A DNA stretch of 64,000 nt, taken from contig OZ244239.1 of the NCBI GenBank assembly GCA_965217115.1, positions 902,392-966,391 of the forward strand. Direction: 5' to 3'. This stretch comes from Bdellovibrionales bacterium (lineage in GTDB: Bacteria > Bdellovibrionota > Bdellovibrionia > Bdellovibrionales > CAYMLA01). The notes under the pieces were generated by a model, which ran no database searches, was not told the origin of the DNA, and saw only the letters and a program-made list of their open reading frames with translations. Positions 27,181-36,166 of the stretch are shown piece after piece. The position numbers and the translations under genes were made by a program. The first letter of the stretch is position 1; each line of letters opens with the position of its first letter.

Positions 27181-27687
27181 ATGGAGGCTTTTGTGAAAAA
27201 AACAGATTTTCTCTTCGAAAGAATAGTCAGTGAGGTGCAAAAAATTAAAGACCTAGACACACTTAAGAAAGAACTCAAAAAACTCGCCAAAGAAATACAA
27301 AAAGAGATCCAAAAAATCGGAAGCCCCGTCGACCTCGCCAAAAACCAGCTAAAACAATTAGAACTTCAATACAGTGATCTTCTTAAAAAAATATCTAAGG
27401 CTCAGAAGCAATTTGATAAAGAGGTCTTCAATGCTCTTGGTAATATAAAAAAAGTACGCAAAGACGCGAAAAAAACTTTCCACTCTTACAAGAAAAAAGC
27501 TAAAACTCAAAAAAAGAAAATTAAAGTCGCCATCAAAAAGAAAGCTAAAAAGAAAACAGCTGCCGTAAAAAAAACTAGTAAAAAAATAGCTAAAAAAATC
27601 TCTAAAAAAATTAATAAAAAACTAAATACAACTAAAAAAACCTCAACACGTAAAAAAAACTCAACACGTAAAAAAACCTCTTCTTAA
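27181..27687 (+). CDS. Lysine-rich protein with a histone H1-like C-terminal tail
   Basis: 168 aa. The N-terminal half is coiled-coil-like. The C-terminal ~75 aa are mostly K, A, T and S ('KKKAKKKTAAVKKTSKKIAKKISKKINKK'), ending in the 18-bp tandem repeat 'STRKKN STRKKT'. Confidence 0.7.
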   Translation: MEAFVKKTDFLFERIVSEVQKIKDLDTLKKELKKLAKEIQKEIQKIGSPVDLAKNQLKQLELQYSDLLKKISKAQKQFDKEVFNALGNIKKVRKDAKKTFHSYKKKAKTQKKKIKVAIKKKAKKKTAAVKKTSKKIAKKISKKINKKLNTTKKTSTRKKNSTRKKTSS

Positions 27688-27710
27688 AAGCAAAGTAAAA
27701 GGTCATTGCT

Positions 27711-30647
27711 ATGAATAGCTTCTTTCCGTCACTTGATAACATGAACAATAATGAAGAGTTTATTTCAAGACACATTGGTCCTAATTCCTCAGAGACTCAA
27801 GAAATGCTACAAAGCTTAGGAGTTAGTGATTTTGATAGCCTCATTAATAAAACACTTCCTGAAAATATTCTCACGAAGAAAGATTTTGACTTAAAACACG
27901 CACAAACAGAACACCAAACTCTCAAAGAGATCAAAGCTCTCGCTAAACAAAACCAGATTTACCGTACTTACATTGGCATGGGGTTTCACGATACCATCAC
28001 ACCTCCCGTTATTCAGAGAAATGTTTTTGAAAATCCTGGCTGGTACACAGCTTACACCCCCTATCAACCAGAGATTTCACAGGGACGCTTAGAGGCTCTT
28101 ATTAATTTTCAAACCATGTGTTCTGAGCTCACTGGAATGGATATCTCTAATGCCTCTCTTCTCGATGAAGGAACTGCTGCAGCCGAAGCCATGATTTTGT
28201 GCCGCAATCAAATTCGTGATAAGAACAGGAAGACTTTCTTCATCAGCGACGACACCCATCCACACACTATTGAGGTTATCAAGACCCGCGCCCAACACTT
28301 GGATATAAATATACAAATCGGCCCTGTTGTCTCTACAGATTGGTCTCTGTGTTTTGGAGCATTGCTCTCCTATCCGAACACCTATGGTTCCATTGAGAAT
28401 ATGAGTTCGCTCATTGCTAAAATACAAGGAAATGGTGCTCTTGTTGCTGTTGCAGTAGATCTACTCAGCTTAACTATTCTCAAGCCTCCCGGGGAGATGG
28501 GTGCAAATGTTGTCGTCGGTAACACACAGCGCTTTGGTGTTCCACTTGGTTTTGGCGGTCCCCATGCCGCATTTATGGCCACACAAGATAAATTTAAACG
28601 CAGTCTTCCTGGCCGCATAGTCGGTGTTTCGGTGGATACTAAAGGACGCAAATCTTATCGATTGGCTCTACAGACACGGGAACAGCACATCCGTCGAGAG
28701 AGAGCATCAAGTAATATCTGCACCGCCCAAGTTCTTTTGGCCAATATGGCTTCTTTCTATGCTGTTTATCATGGTCCACAGGGGCTTATTCGTATTGCTA
28801 AACGTATTCACAAACTCACATCGGCACTCTACGAAGGACTGCAGTCTTTAGGTTTTGAATGTCTTCACGGAGATTTTTTTGACACAATCGTTCTTCGCAC
28901 AGTCACTCCATCTACTGAAAAAAAAGGACAGAAAAGCAACGACGAGATTTATCAAGAAGCATTGAATAAAAAAATTAACCTCAGAAAGGTCCCTCAAGGT
29001 TTAAGTATTTCCCTTAACGAAACAACGACTTCTGAGGATATTTCTGACATTTTAGAAGTTTTTAGTGGACAAAAAAGAGACCTCACAAAGCTCATCGCAG
29101 ATGCATCTAAAAAAATCCCTGATGACCTTATTCGATTATCTACTTTTATGACTCATAAGGTTTTTAACTCTTTTCACAGTGAAACATCCATGCTCCGTTA
29201 CATTCAAAAATTACAGAACAAAGATCTCTCACTCACGCAAGCCATGATTCCTCTAGGCTCTTGCACCATGAAGCTCAATGCCACCACAGAACTTATCCCC
29301 GTGTCCTGGCCTGAGTTTAATAAGATCCATCCCTTTGTGCCTTTAGATCAAGCCAAAGGTTATCTACAGCTCATCAAAGAAACGGAACAAATGCTTGCCA
29401 CTATCACTGGTTTCTCTTGCGTATCACTGCAACCCAACGCCGGCTCCCAAGGAGAGTTTGCAGGTCTACTTGTTATACGTCGCTACCAACAGGAGAAAAA
29501 TCAAGGGGAACGTAATATATGCCTCATACCCCATTCAGCCCATGGCACTAATCCTGCCAGCGCTGTTATGTCAGGACTTAAAGTCGTCGTCATCAAATGT
29601 GATAACGATGGTAATATTGACGTTGACGATTTAAAAAACAAAGCTCAAGAACACAAGTCCCACTTATCTAGTTTAATGATCACCTATCCTTCCACCCACG
29701 GAGTCTACGAAGAAACCATCCAAAACATCTGTAAAATTATTCACGATAACGGCGGACAGGTCTACATGGACGGAGCCAACATGAATGCTCTTGTCGGGTT
29801 GGCTCGCCTTCCCGAGTTAGGGGCCGATGTGTGTCATCTAAATCTCCATAAAACATTTGCCATTCCCCACGGTGGCGGCGGTCCAGGCGTTGGACCCATT
29901 GGCGTCGCAGAACATTTAAAAAACTTCCTCCCAAACCATGGACTCGTTCCTGAGGCTGGACCTATCACGGGAATTGGTTCTACGACCTCGGCTCCTTGGG
30001 GAAGCGCCAGTATTTTACCCATCTCTTGGGCATATATGAAGATGCTGGGAGGCAACGGCCTCAGAAAAGCCACTGAATATGCTATTTTAAACGCTAACTA
30101 CATTGCTAAGAAATTAGAAAACCATTATGAAATTTTGTACAAGGGAAAAAATGGCATGGTCGCCCACGAGTGCATTATTGATGTCAGACCCTTCAAACAA
30201 AGTGCGGGTGTCACGGTTGATGATATCGCTAAACGACTGATTGATTATAGTTTTCACGCACCAACAATGTCTTGGCCTGTCCCCGGAACTCTTATGGTGG
30301 AACCCACAGAGAGCGAAGAAAAAAAAGAACTGGATCGCTTTATCAATGCCATGATCCGTATTCGAAAAGAGATACAGGCTATTGAAGAAGGTGTCTACTC
30401 CCGAGAAGACAACGTTCTCAAAAATGCTCCTCATACAGTTGAAGGCCTCATTGCCCCCTCTTGGAGTCATGAGTATCCAAGGGACGAAGCTGCTTACCCT
30501 GTTCCTGGTTTAAGAGATAACAAGTACTGGGCTCCTATTACAAGAATCGACAATGCCTATGGCGATCGCAACTTAGTTTGCTCCTGTCCTGCCATAGAAG
30601 AATATGAGACAGAAGAATATGAAACAGAAGAACATGAAACGAAATAA
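27711..30647 (+). CDS. gcvP: Glycine dehydrogenase (decarboxylating), glycine cleavage P protein
   Basis: 978-aa single-chain P protein with 'GWYTAYTPYQPEISQGRLEAL', 'HLNLHKTF' (PLP Lys) and 'AYGDRNLVCSC'. Confidence 0.95.
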   Translation: MNSFFPSLDNMNNNEEFISRHIGPNSSETQEMLQSLGVSDFDSLINKTLPENILTKKDFDLKHAQTEHQTLKEIKALAKQNQIYRTYIGMGFHDTITPPVIQRNVFENPGWYTAYTPYQPEISQGRLEALINFQTMCSELTGMDISNASLLDEGTAAAEAMILCRNQIRDKNRKTFFISDDTHPHTIEVIKTRAQHLDINIQIGPVVSTDWSLCFGALLSYPNTYGSIENMSSLIAKIQGNGALVAVAVDLLSLTILKPPGEMGANVVVGNTQRFGVPLGFGGPHAAFMATQDKFKRSLPGRIVGVSVDTKGRKSYRLALQTREQHIRRERASSNICTAQVLLANMASFYAVYHGPQGLIRIAKRIHKLTSALYEGLQSLGFECLHGDFFDTIVLRTVTPSTEKKGQKSNDEIYQEALNKKINLRKVPQGLSISLNETTTSEDISDILEVFSGQKRDLTKLIADASKKIPDDLIRLSTFMTHKVFNSFHSETSMLRYIQKLQNKDLSLTQAMIPLGSCTMKLNATTELIPVSWPEFNKIHPFVPLDQAKGYLQLIKETEQMLATITGFSCVSLQPNAGSQGEFAGLLVIRRYQQEKNQGERNICLIPHSAHGTNPASAVMSGLKVVVIKCDNDGNIDVDDLKNKAQEHKSHLSSLMITYPSTHGVYEETIQNICKIIHDNGGQVYMDGANMNALVGLARLPELGADVCHLNLHKTFAIPHGGGGPGVGPIGVAEHLKNFLPNHGLVPEAGPITGIGSTTSAPWGSASILPISWAYMKMLGGNGLRKATEYAILNANYIAKKLENHYEILYKGKNGMVAHECIIDVRPFKQSAGVTVDDIAKRLIDYSFHAPTMSWPVPGTLMVEPTESEEKKELDRFINAMIRIRKEIQAIEEGVYSREDNVLKNAPHTVEGLIAPSWSHEYPRDEAAYPVPGLRDNKYWAPITRIDNAYGDRNLVCSCPAIEEYETEEYETEEHETK

Positions 30648-30698
30648 CATGATTCAAAACACTGACAATCCCATGATCGGAATCTCTGGATTCTCTAA

Positions 30699-31445
30699 AT
30701 GAGCTTGCACATTGTCTCAATTCCCATTGGCCATCCAGATGATGTCACTCTCAGAGCGATCAACACCTTAAAATCTTCAGATTTAATTATTGGTGAGGAG
30801 CGCAAGGTCGCTGTCAGGTTCTTGAAAAGTATTGGTTTAAGTGACTTTAAATTGGAGCTTCTTAACGAGCATTCTGATAGTCAAGATTTAGATTTTTTAG
30901 AAGATCAGTGTCTTCACAAAAAAGTATCTTTGATTTCAGATTGTGGAACTCCTGTTTTCTGTGACCCTGGTTCACAACTAATTGATCGCTGTCGTAAAAA
31001 AAACATCTCTCTGGTTGCTATCCCAGGGGCATCGAGTCTTATGACTCTTCTATCTCTTAGCAGTAAAGCGATTAAAGAATTTCATTTCCACGGTTTTCTC
31101 CCTGCCAACAATGAAAAGCGCCAAGGTTTCTTACAGGCCCTTGCCAAGGAGAAACAAGCCTCCGTACTGATGGACACCCCCTATAGATTAAAAAAAACCT
31201 TAACAGAATTGGCGAAATTTATTCCTCACCGAGAATCTCTCCTGGGGATCAACCTCACTCAAGAGAATGAATATGTTTTAGAAGGAACCTTAAAAGAAAT
31301 CGTACAGAGGTTTTCCCAAAAAGAAACTTCAACTGAGAGAGCATTACCAGATAAAGCAGAATTTATTATTTTTCTCTACACGATTGAGAAAAATCACTCA
31401 CAATCAAAGCAACGACCTCAGATCAAACATCGATCAAGGCGTTAA
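30699..31445 (+). CDS. rsmI: 16S rRNA (cytidine1402-2'-O)-methyltransferase (tetrapyrrole-methylase fold)
   Basis: 'LHIVSIPIGHPDDVTLRAINTLKSSDLIIGEE', 'ISDCGTPVFCDPG' and 'IPGASS'. Confidence 0.85.
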   Translation: MSLHIVSIPIGHPDDVTLRAINTLKSSDLIIGEERKVAVRFLKSIGLSDFKLELLNEHSDSQDLDFLEDQCLHKKVSLISDCGTPVFCDPGSQLIDRCRKKNISLVAIPGASSLMTLLSLSSKAIKEFHFHGFLPANNEKRQGFLQALAKEKQASVLMDTPYRLKKTLTELAKFIPHRESLLGINLTQENEYVLEGTLKEIVQRFSQKETSTERALPDKAEFIIFLYTIEKNHSQSKQRPQIKHRSRR

Positions 31446-31446
31446 T

Positions 31447-32409
31447 TTAAAGCTTTTCAGTAAAGTCTGTTAGTAAGAAATAACGATCGAATAGAGAGTT
31501 GTATCGGGACCACTTTTCCCCCGACTTTCGTTCGTCTTTCATAAAACCTTCAAGAATATTTATACGACTATCAAGTTCATCCACCATAGAAACAACAAGA
31601 GCCTCTAAAAACTTAGGTCGCTTAGGGCTGCCAAACTCCAACTTACCGTGATGACTTAAAACAATATGCTTACAGATATCTCTTAACTCATCAGAGAAGC
31701 CTTCAATATGATTTGATTTCCTATCGATCAATTCTAAGGCAATGCCCATATGCCCTATCAACCGCCCTTTATCCGTGTAAGAAGTCGTTCCTCCATAGGA
31801 CAACTCCCAAACCTTACCTATATCGTGATAAATAGCTCCAAAATACAGAAGATCTCGATTCAAAGTCTGATAATGGCTGGACAAAAATTTCATGATTTTT
31901 AAAATAGACATCGTGTGATCTAAAAGTCCCCCTATCCATGCATGATGAATATTCTTTGCCGCAGGAGCCTTTAATAGCAATGGCTTTATTTCTTTATCAT
32001 TAACCGTATTTTCCAGCAACTGTCGTAAATGACTATTTTCCACTTCATCAACAAATTGCAACAGCTCGACATACATTAACTCTGATGAATTATCACTCGC
32101 GGGTAGAAAGTCTTTAATATCATAATCATCGACTTGTACTTTTTGTATATCACGAATAATAATCTGCTTGCGCCCTTGAAAAACCTGTACAACTCCTTGC
32201 ACCCAGGATAAGTCACCATCATCAAACTTTTTGTTCAAGTCATCGGCATTATCCCAAACTCGCCCATCAATTTGTCCTGTTTTGTCAGAAAGCAACACAG
32301 ATAAGTAGGGTTTTCCCGTTTTTCCCATGTTTAGATGCTTCTCTTTCACAAGAAGAACTGTCTCTATTTTATCTTTTTCCTGGAAATGCTCTACACTGAT
32401 CTTTTTCAT
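31447..32409 (-). CDS. OB-fold + HD-domain 3'-5' exoribonuclease (YhaM-like)
   Basis: N-terminal OB fold ('GKPYLSVLLSDKTGQIDGRVW'). HD domain with 'HH...GGLLDHT', 'YHDIGK' and 'LSHHG'. Confidence 0.8.
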   Translation of the reverse strand: MKKISVEHFQEKDKIETVLLVKEKHLNMGKTGKPYLSVLLSDKTGQIDGRVWDNADDLNKKFDDGDLSWVQGVVQVFQGRKQIIIRDIQKVQVDDYDIKDFLPASDNSSELMYVELLQFVDEVENSHLRQLLENTVNDKEIKPLLLKAPAAKNIHHAWIGGLLDHTMSILKIMKFLSSHYQTLNRDLLYFGAIYHDIGKVWELSYGGTTSYTDKGRLIGHMGIALELIDRKSNHIEGFSDELRDICKHIVLSHHGKLEFGSPKRPKFLEALVVSMVDELDSRINILEGFMKDERKSGEKWSRYNSLFDRYFLLTDFTEKL

Positions 32410-32466
32410 GTGATTATCTTATAATGATTTGATCAAAGAAACATCGTTTTTTTTCACATCTCTCTC

Positions 32467-33627
32467 TTATCGCACTATTCCTTGCTCCCCATGACTCCCT
32501 CCACCGTCACCCTGTGAATCTTTTTTTGGATGCTTCTTAGCAATCGCCTGTTGCACCTTTTCCTCACAAGTTTGATTATAATCGCCCATTATTTTAGCTG
32601 ATTTCTTAGACTGGAAGTTCTGCAAAGCTCCCTCGCAACAATCAGCAATGAGTGTTGTGAGCCCTTCTTTAAAAAGGGGTTTGAAATTCTTCTCTGCCAA
32701 TGCTTTTACATTAAATTCAACGTGATAGGTGAATGGGCTTTTCCCTAAATCTTTAAAAAAGGCTCCTGAGAAATCACTCTCTTGAACAAACCTAGGGTGT
32801 TCTTTGTCGGTTTTAGCAAATAAACCCTTTTCGTCCAGTTCCCTAAGACCATCCCCTGCAAATACAAGGATTTTATCACCACTTGATATATTTTTTATTC
32901 TTGGAAAACTAAAATCTCCATCTTTGATCCCTAAGGTGTACTTCTTGCCCCCTACTGTTATATCAGAAAATGATCGACCCTTCTTATCCCTGCGACAGGT
33001 AAATTCTGTTGGATTTAAAGACTCCAACAACCTTTCATCCGCGGAATCAACATTCTTGTATATAGTCATGCCTACCCAAGTTATACCAGCAATGACTCCA
33101 TTAATGGCAATTGAAATTGGCAACATATTAGCAGTTGTGATAACAATACCAACAGCATGGGCTTTAGGCGCTATTAATGATAAGAACACAGACGGTGATT
33201 TACTTGGTTTTTGATAGAGTTTATTTATCGCTGTGTAAAGGGAGCGAAAACTCCTATGGGAGGTCGCATTTAACTCTTTGCCATTAATAAGGAACTTTCC
33301 CTCAATGGCTTTTTGAAAACCGACGTTGACCTTCTCGCCACCCACCCTCATCACCAGATCATTGCCACTCACGGAGAGTTTTATCTTTTGGGATTTAGGT
33401 GTTTGCTCTATCAGATCTTGGATGAACTTCCTGTCGTCTTTCAACTTCAATATCTTCTTTAAACCAACGAACATCTCCCGCGCATGGACGCCATGGATCT
33501 GTTCATAGGCTCGACCCATTAACTCTTGATTCACATCACTCAAAGGAGTCCCAAACACGACGGGTGAAAAAAGCAAGCCCACCATAGATGTAAAAAAAAC
33601 TGACATCAGTAAAACCATTCTCTTCAT
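32467..33627 (-). CDS. Secreted paralogue 1 of a tandem four-gene family (unknown function)
   Basis: SD 'ggaagg' 6 nt before ATG 33627. Signal peptide 'MKRMVLLMSVFFTSMVGLLFSPVVFG'. Has the conserved N-domain, a unique hydrophobic segment (about 33040-33153) and a Cys-containing C-domain. Confidence 0.75.
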   Translation of the reverse strand: MKRMVLLMSVFFTSMVGLLFSPVVFGTPLSDVNQELMGRAYEQIHGVHAREMFVGLKKILKLKDDRKFIQDLIEQTPKSQKIKLSVSGNDLVMRVGGEKVNVGFQKAIEGKFLINGKELNATSHRSFRSLYTAINKLYQKPSKSPSVFLSLIAPKAHAVGIVITTANMLPISIAINGVIAGITWVGMTIYKNVDSADERLLESLNPTEFTCRRDKKGRSFSDITVGGKKYTLGIKDGDFSFPRIKNISSGDKILVFAGDGLRELDEKGLFAKTDKEHPRFVQESDFSGAFFKDLGKSPFTYHVEFNVKALAEKNFKPLFKEGLTTLIADCCEGALQNFQSKKSAKIMGDYNQTCEEKVQQAIAKKHPKKDSQGDGGGSHGEQGIVR

Positions 33628-33672
33628 CAGAAACCTTCCATTCAAATTCAATGGGTTTTTCATGTGCTGCTC

Positions 33673-34845
33673 TTATTTCACTGTTGTTCTATTATTAGTC
33701 GTTCCATCATCACCTGATGAATCTTTTTTTGGATGCTTTTTAGCAATCGCCTGTTGCACCTTTTCCTCACAAGTTCGACTCCTAGCGCCCATCGTTCCAT
33801 ATGATCTCTTATTAAATTGGAAGTTCTCCAAAGCTCCATCGCAACAATCAGCAATGGCTGTGAGCCCTACTCTTAAAAAAGGCTTGAAATTTTTCTCTGC
33901 CAATTTTTTTAACCCACGTTTATCACCTTGATAAAAGCGGCTGCTTTTATAGTCTCTAAAAACAGCTTTTGAGAAATCACTCGCCTGAACAGATTTAGGG
34001 TATGGCTCGGTTCTAATAACTGAACCCCTTCTGTACCGTCCCCTAAAACCATCATTTGCAAATATAATCTCTCTTTTATGCCCATCAGCCTTACCAACTG
34101 ATATGCTTTTTATTCTTGGACGATTAAACGCTCCATCTCTGATCTTTAAGGTGTACTTCTTGCCCCCTACTGTTATATCAGAAAATGACTGATCATCCTT
34201 ATCCCTGCGACAACTAAATTCCGTTGGATCTAAAGATTGCAGCAGCCTTTCATCCATAGGAGTGCCTCCAAGATTCGTATCTGACCCTAGAAAATCTATA
34301 CCATTAAGAATTGAGGGTATAAGAATTACAGGAGTCATTGCAGCAATAGCAGAAGTAGCTATCAAACCAAGAGCATAGGCTTTAGGCGCTATTAACGATA
34401 AAAACACAGACGGTGATTTACTTGGCTTTTGATAGAGTTTATTTATCGCCGTGTAAAGAGACCGAAAACTCCTATGGGAGGTCACATTTAACTCTTTGCC
34501 ATTAATAAGGAACTTTCCCTCGATGGCTTTTTGAAAGCCAACGTTGATCTTCTCTCCCCCCACACTCATCACCAGATCATTGCCACTCACGGAGAGTTTT
34601 ATCTTTTGGGATTTAGGTGTTTGCTCTATCAGCTCTTGGATGAATTTCCTGTCGTCTTTCAACTTCAATATCTTCTTTAAACCAACGAACATCTCCCGCG
34701 CATGGACGCCATGGATCTGTTCATAGGCTCGACCCATTAACTCTTGATTCACATCACTCAAAGGAGTCCCAAACACGACTGGTGAAAAAAGCAAACTCAC
34801 CATAGATGTAAAAAAAACTGACATCAGTAAAACCATTCTCTTCAT
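33673..34845 (-). CDS. Secreted paralogue 2
   Basis: Same architecture as paralogue 1. Start ATG 34845 after 'aaggaaggtctgtg'. Unique segment at about 34255-34374. Confidence 0.75.
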   Translation of the reverse strand: MKRMVLLMSVFFTSMVSLLFSPVVFGTPLSDVNQELMGRAYEQIHGVHAREMFVGLKKILKLKDDRKFIQELIEQTPKSQKIKLSVSGNDLVMSVGGEKINVGFQKAIEGKFLINGKELNVTSHRSFRSLYTAINKLYQKPSKSPSVFLSLIAPKAYALGLIATSAIAAMTPVILIPSILNGIDFLGSDTNLGGTPMDERLLQSLDPTEFSCRRDKDDQSFSDITVGGKKYTLKIRDGAFNRPRIKSISVGKADGHKREIIFANDGFRGRYRRGSVIRTEPYPKSVQASDFSKAVFRDYKSSRFYQGDKRGLKKLAEKNFKPFLRVGLTAIADCCDGALENFQFNKRSYGTMGARSRTCEEKVQQAIAKKHPKKDSSGDDGTTNNRTTVK

Positions 34846-34889
34846 CACAGACCTTCCTTTCAAATTCAATGATTTTTCATGTGCTGCTC

Positions 34890-36071
34890 TTAGTGCACTG
34901 CCGGAGTATCCCTAAAACGCACTCCACCGTTATCTTGTGAATCTTTTTTTGGATGCTTTTTAGCAATCGCCTGTTGCAGCTTTTCCTCACAAGTTCGACT
35001 CCTAGCGCCCATCGTTCCATATGATCTCTTATTAGATTGGAAGTTCTCCAAAGCTCCCTCGCAACAATCAGCAATGGCTGTGAGCCCTACTTTTAAAAAA
35101 GGCTTGAAATTTTTCTCTGCCAATTTTTTTAACCCACGTTTATCACCTTGATAAAAGCGGCTGCTTTTATAGTCTCTAAAAACAGCTTTTGAGAAATCAC
35201 TCTCCTGAACAGGTTCAGGGCGGTATGGCTCGGTTCTAATAAAAAGTAAACCATTTCTGTACCGTCCCCTAAAACCATCATTTGCAAATATAATCTCTTT
35301 TTTATGCCCATCAGCCTTACCAATTGATATACTTTTTATTCTTGGGCGATTAAACGCTCCATCTCTGATCTTTAAGGTGTACTTCTTGCCACCCACTGTT
35401 ATATCAGAAAATGGTTGATCATCCTTATCCCTGCGACAACTAAATTCCGTTGGATCTAAAGATTGCAACAGCCTTTCATCCATAGGAGTGCTTCCAAGAT
35501 TCGTATCTGCCCTTAGAAAATCCAGAACAGTCCAAATTGTGGGAGCAACAATTGCACCAAGCATTGCACCAATACCAACACTAGCTATCAAACCAACAGC
35601 ATGGGCTTTAGGCGCTATTAATGATAAAAACACAGACGGTGATTTACTTGGTTTTTGATAGAGTTTGTTTATCGCCGTGTAAAGGGACCGGAAACTCCTA
35701 TGGGAGGTCGCATTTAACTCTTTGCCATTAATAAGGAACTTTCCCTCAATGGCTTTTTGAAACCCGACGTTGATCTTCTCGCCACCCACCCTCATCACCA
35801 GATCATTGCCACTCACGGAGAGTTTTATCTTATGGGATTTAGGTGTTTGCTCTATCAGCCCTTGGATGAATTTCCTGTCGTCTTTCAACTTCAATATCTT
35901 CTTTAAACCAACGAACATCTCCCGCGCATGGACGCCATGGATCTGTTCATAGGCTCGACCCATTAACTCTTGATTCACATCACTCAAAGGAGTCCCAAAT
36001 ACGACTGGTGAAAAAAGCAAGCCCACCATAGATGTAAAAAAAACTGACATCAGTAAAACCATTCTCTTCAT
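34890..36071 (-). CDS. Secreted paralogue 3
   Basis: Same architecture. The C-domain is about 90% identical to paralogue 2 by eye. Unique segment at about 35481-35597. Confidence 0.75.
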   Translation of the reverse strand: MKRMVLLMSVFFTSMVGLLFSPVVFGTPLSDVNQELMGRAYEQIHGVHAREMFVGLKKILKLKDDRKFIQGLIEQTPKSHKIKLSVSGNDLVMRVGGEKINVGFQKAIEGKFLINGKELNATSHRSFRSLYTAINKLYQKPSKSPSVFLSLIAPKAHAVGLIASVGIGAMLGAIVAPTIWTVLDFLRADTNLGSTPMDERLLQSLDPTEFSCRRDKDDQPFSDITVGGKKYTLKIRDGAFNRPRIKSISIGKADGHKKEIIFANDGFRGRYRNGLLFIRTEPYRPEPVQESDFSKAVFRDYKSSRFYQGDKRGLKKLAEKNFKPFLKVGLTAIADCCEGALENFQSNKRSYGTMGARSRTCEEKLQQAIAKKHPKKDSQDNGGVRFRDTPAVH

Positions 36072-36166
36072 CATAGACCTTCCTTTCAAATTCAATGATT
36101 TTTCATGTGCTGTTCTTAACCAATACTCTTTAAGCAGAGAAATGCTAAATTTTAAACACCTCTCTC

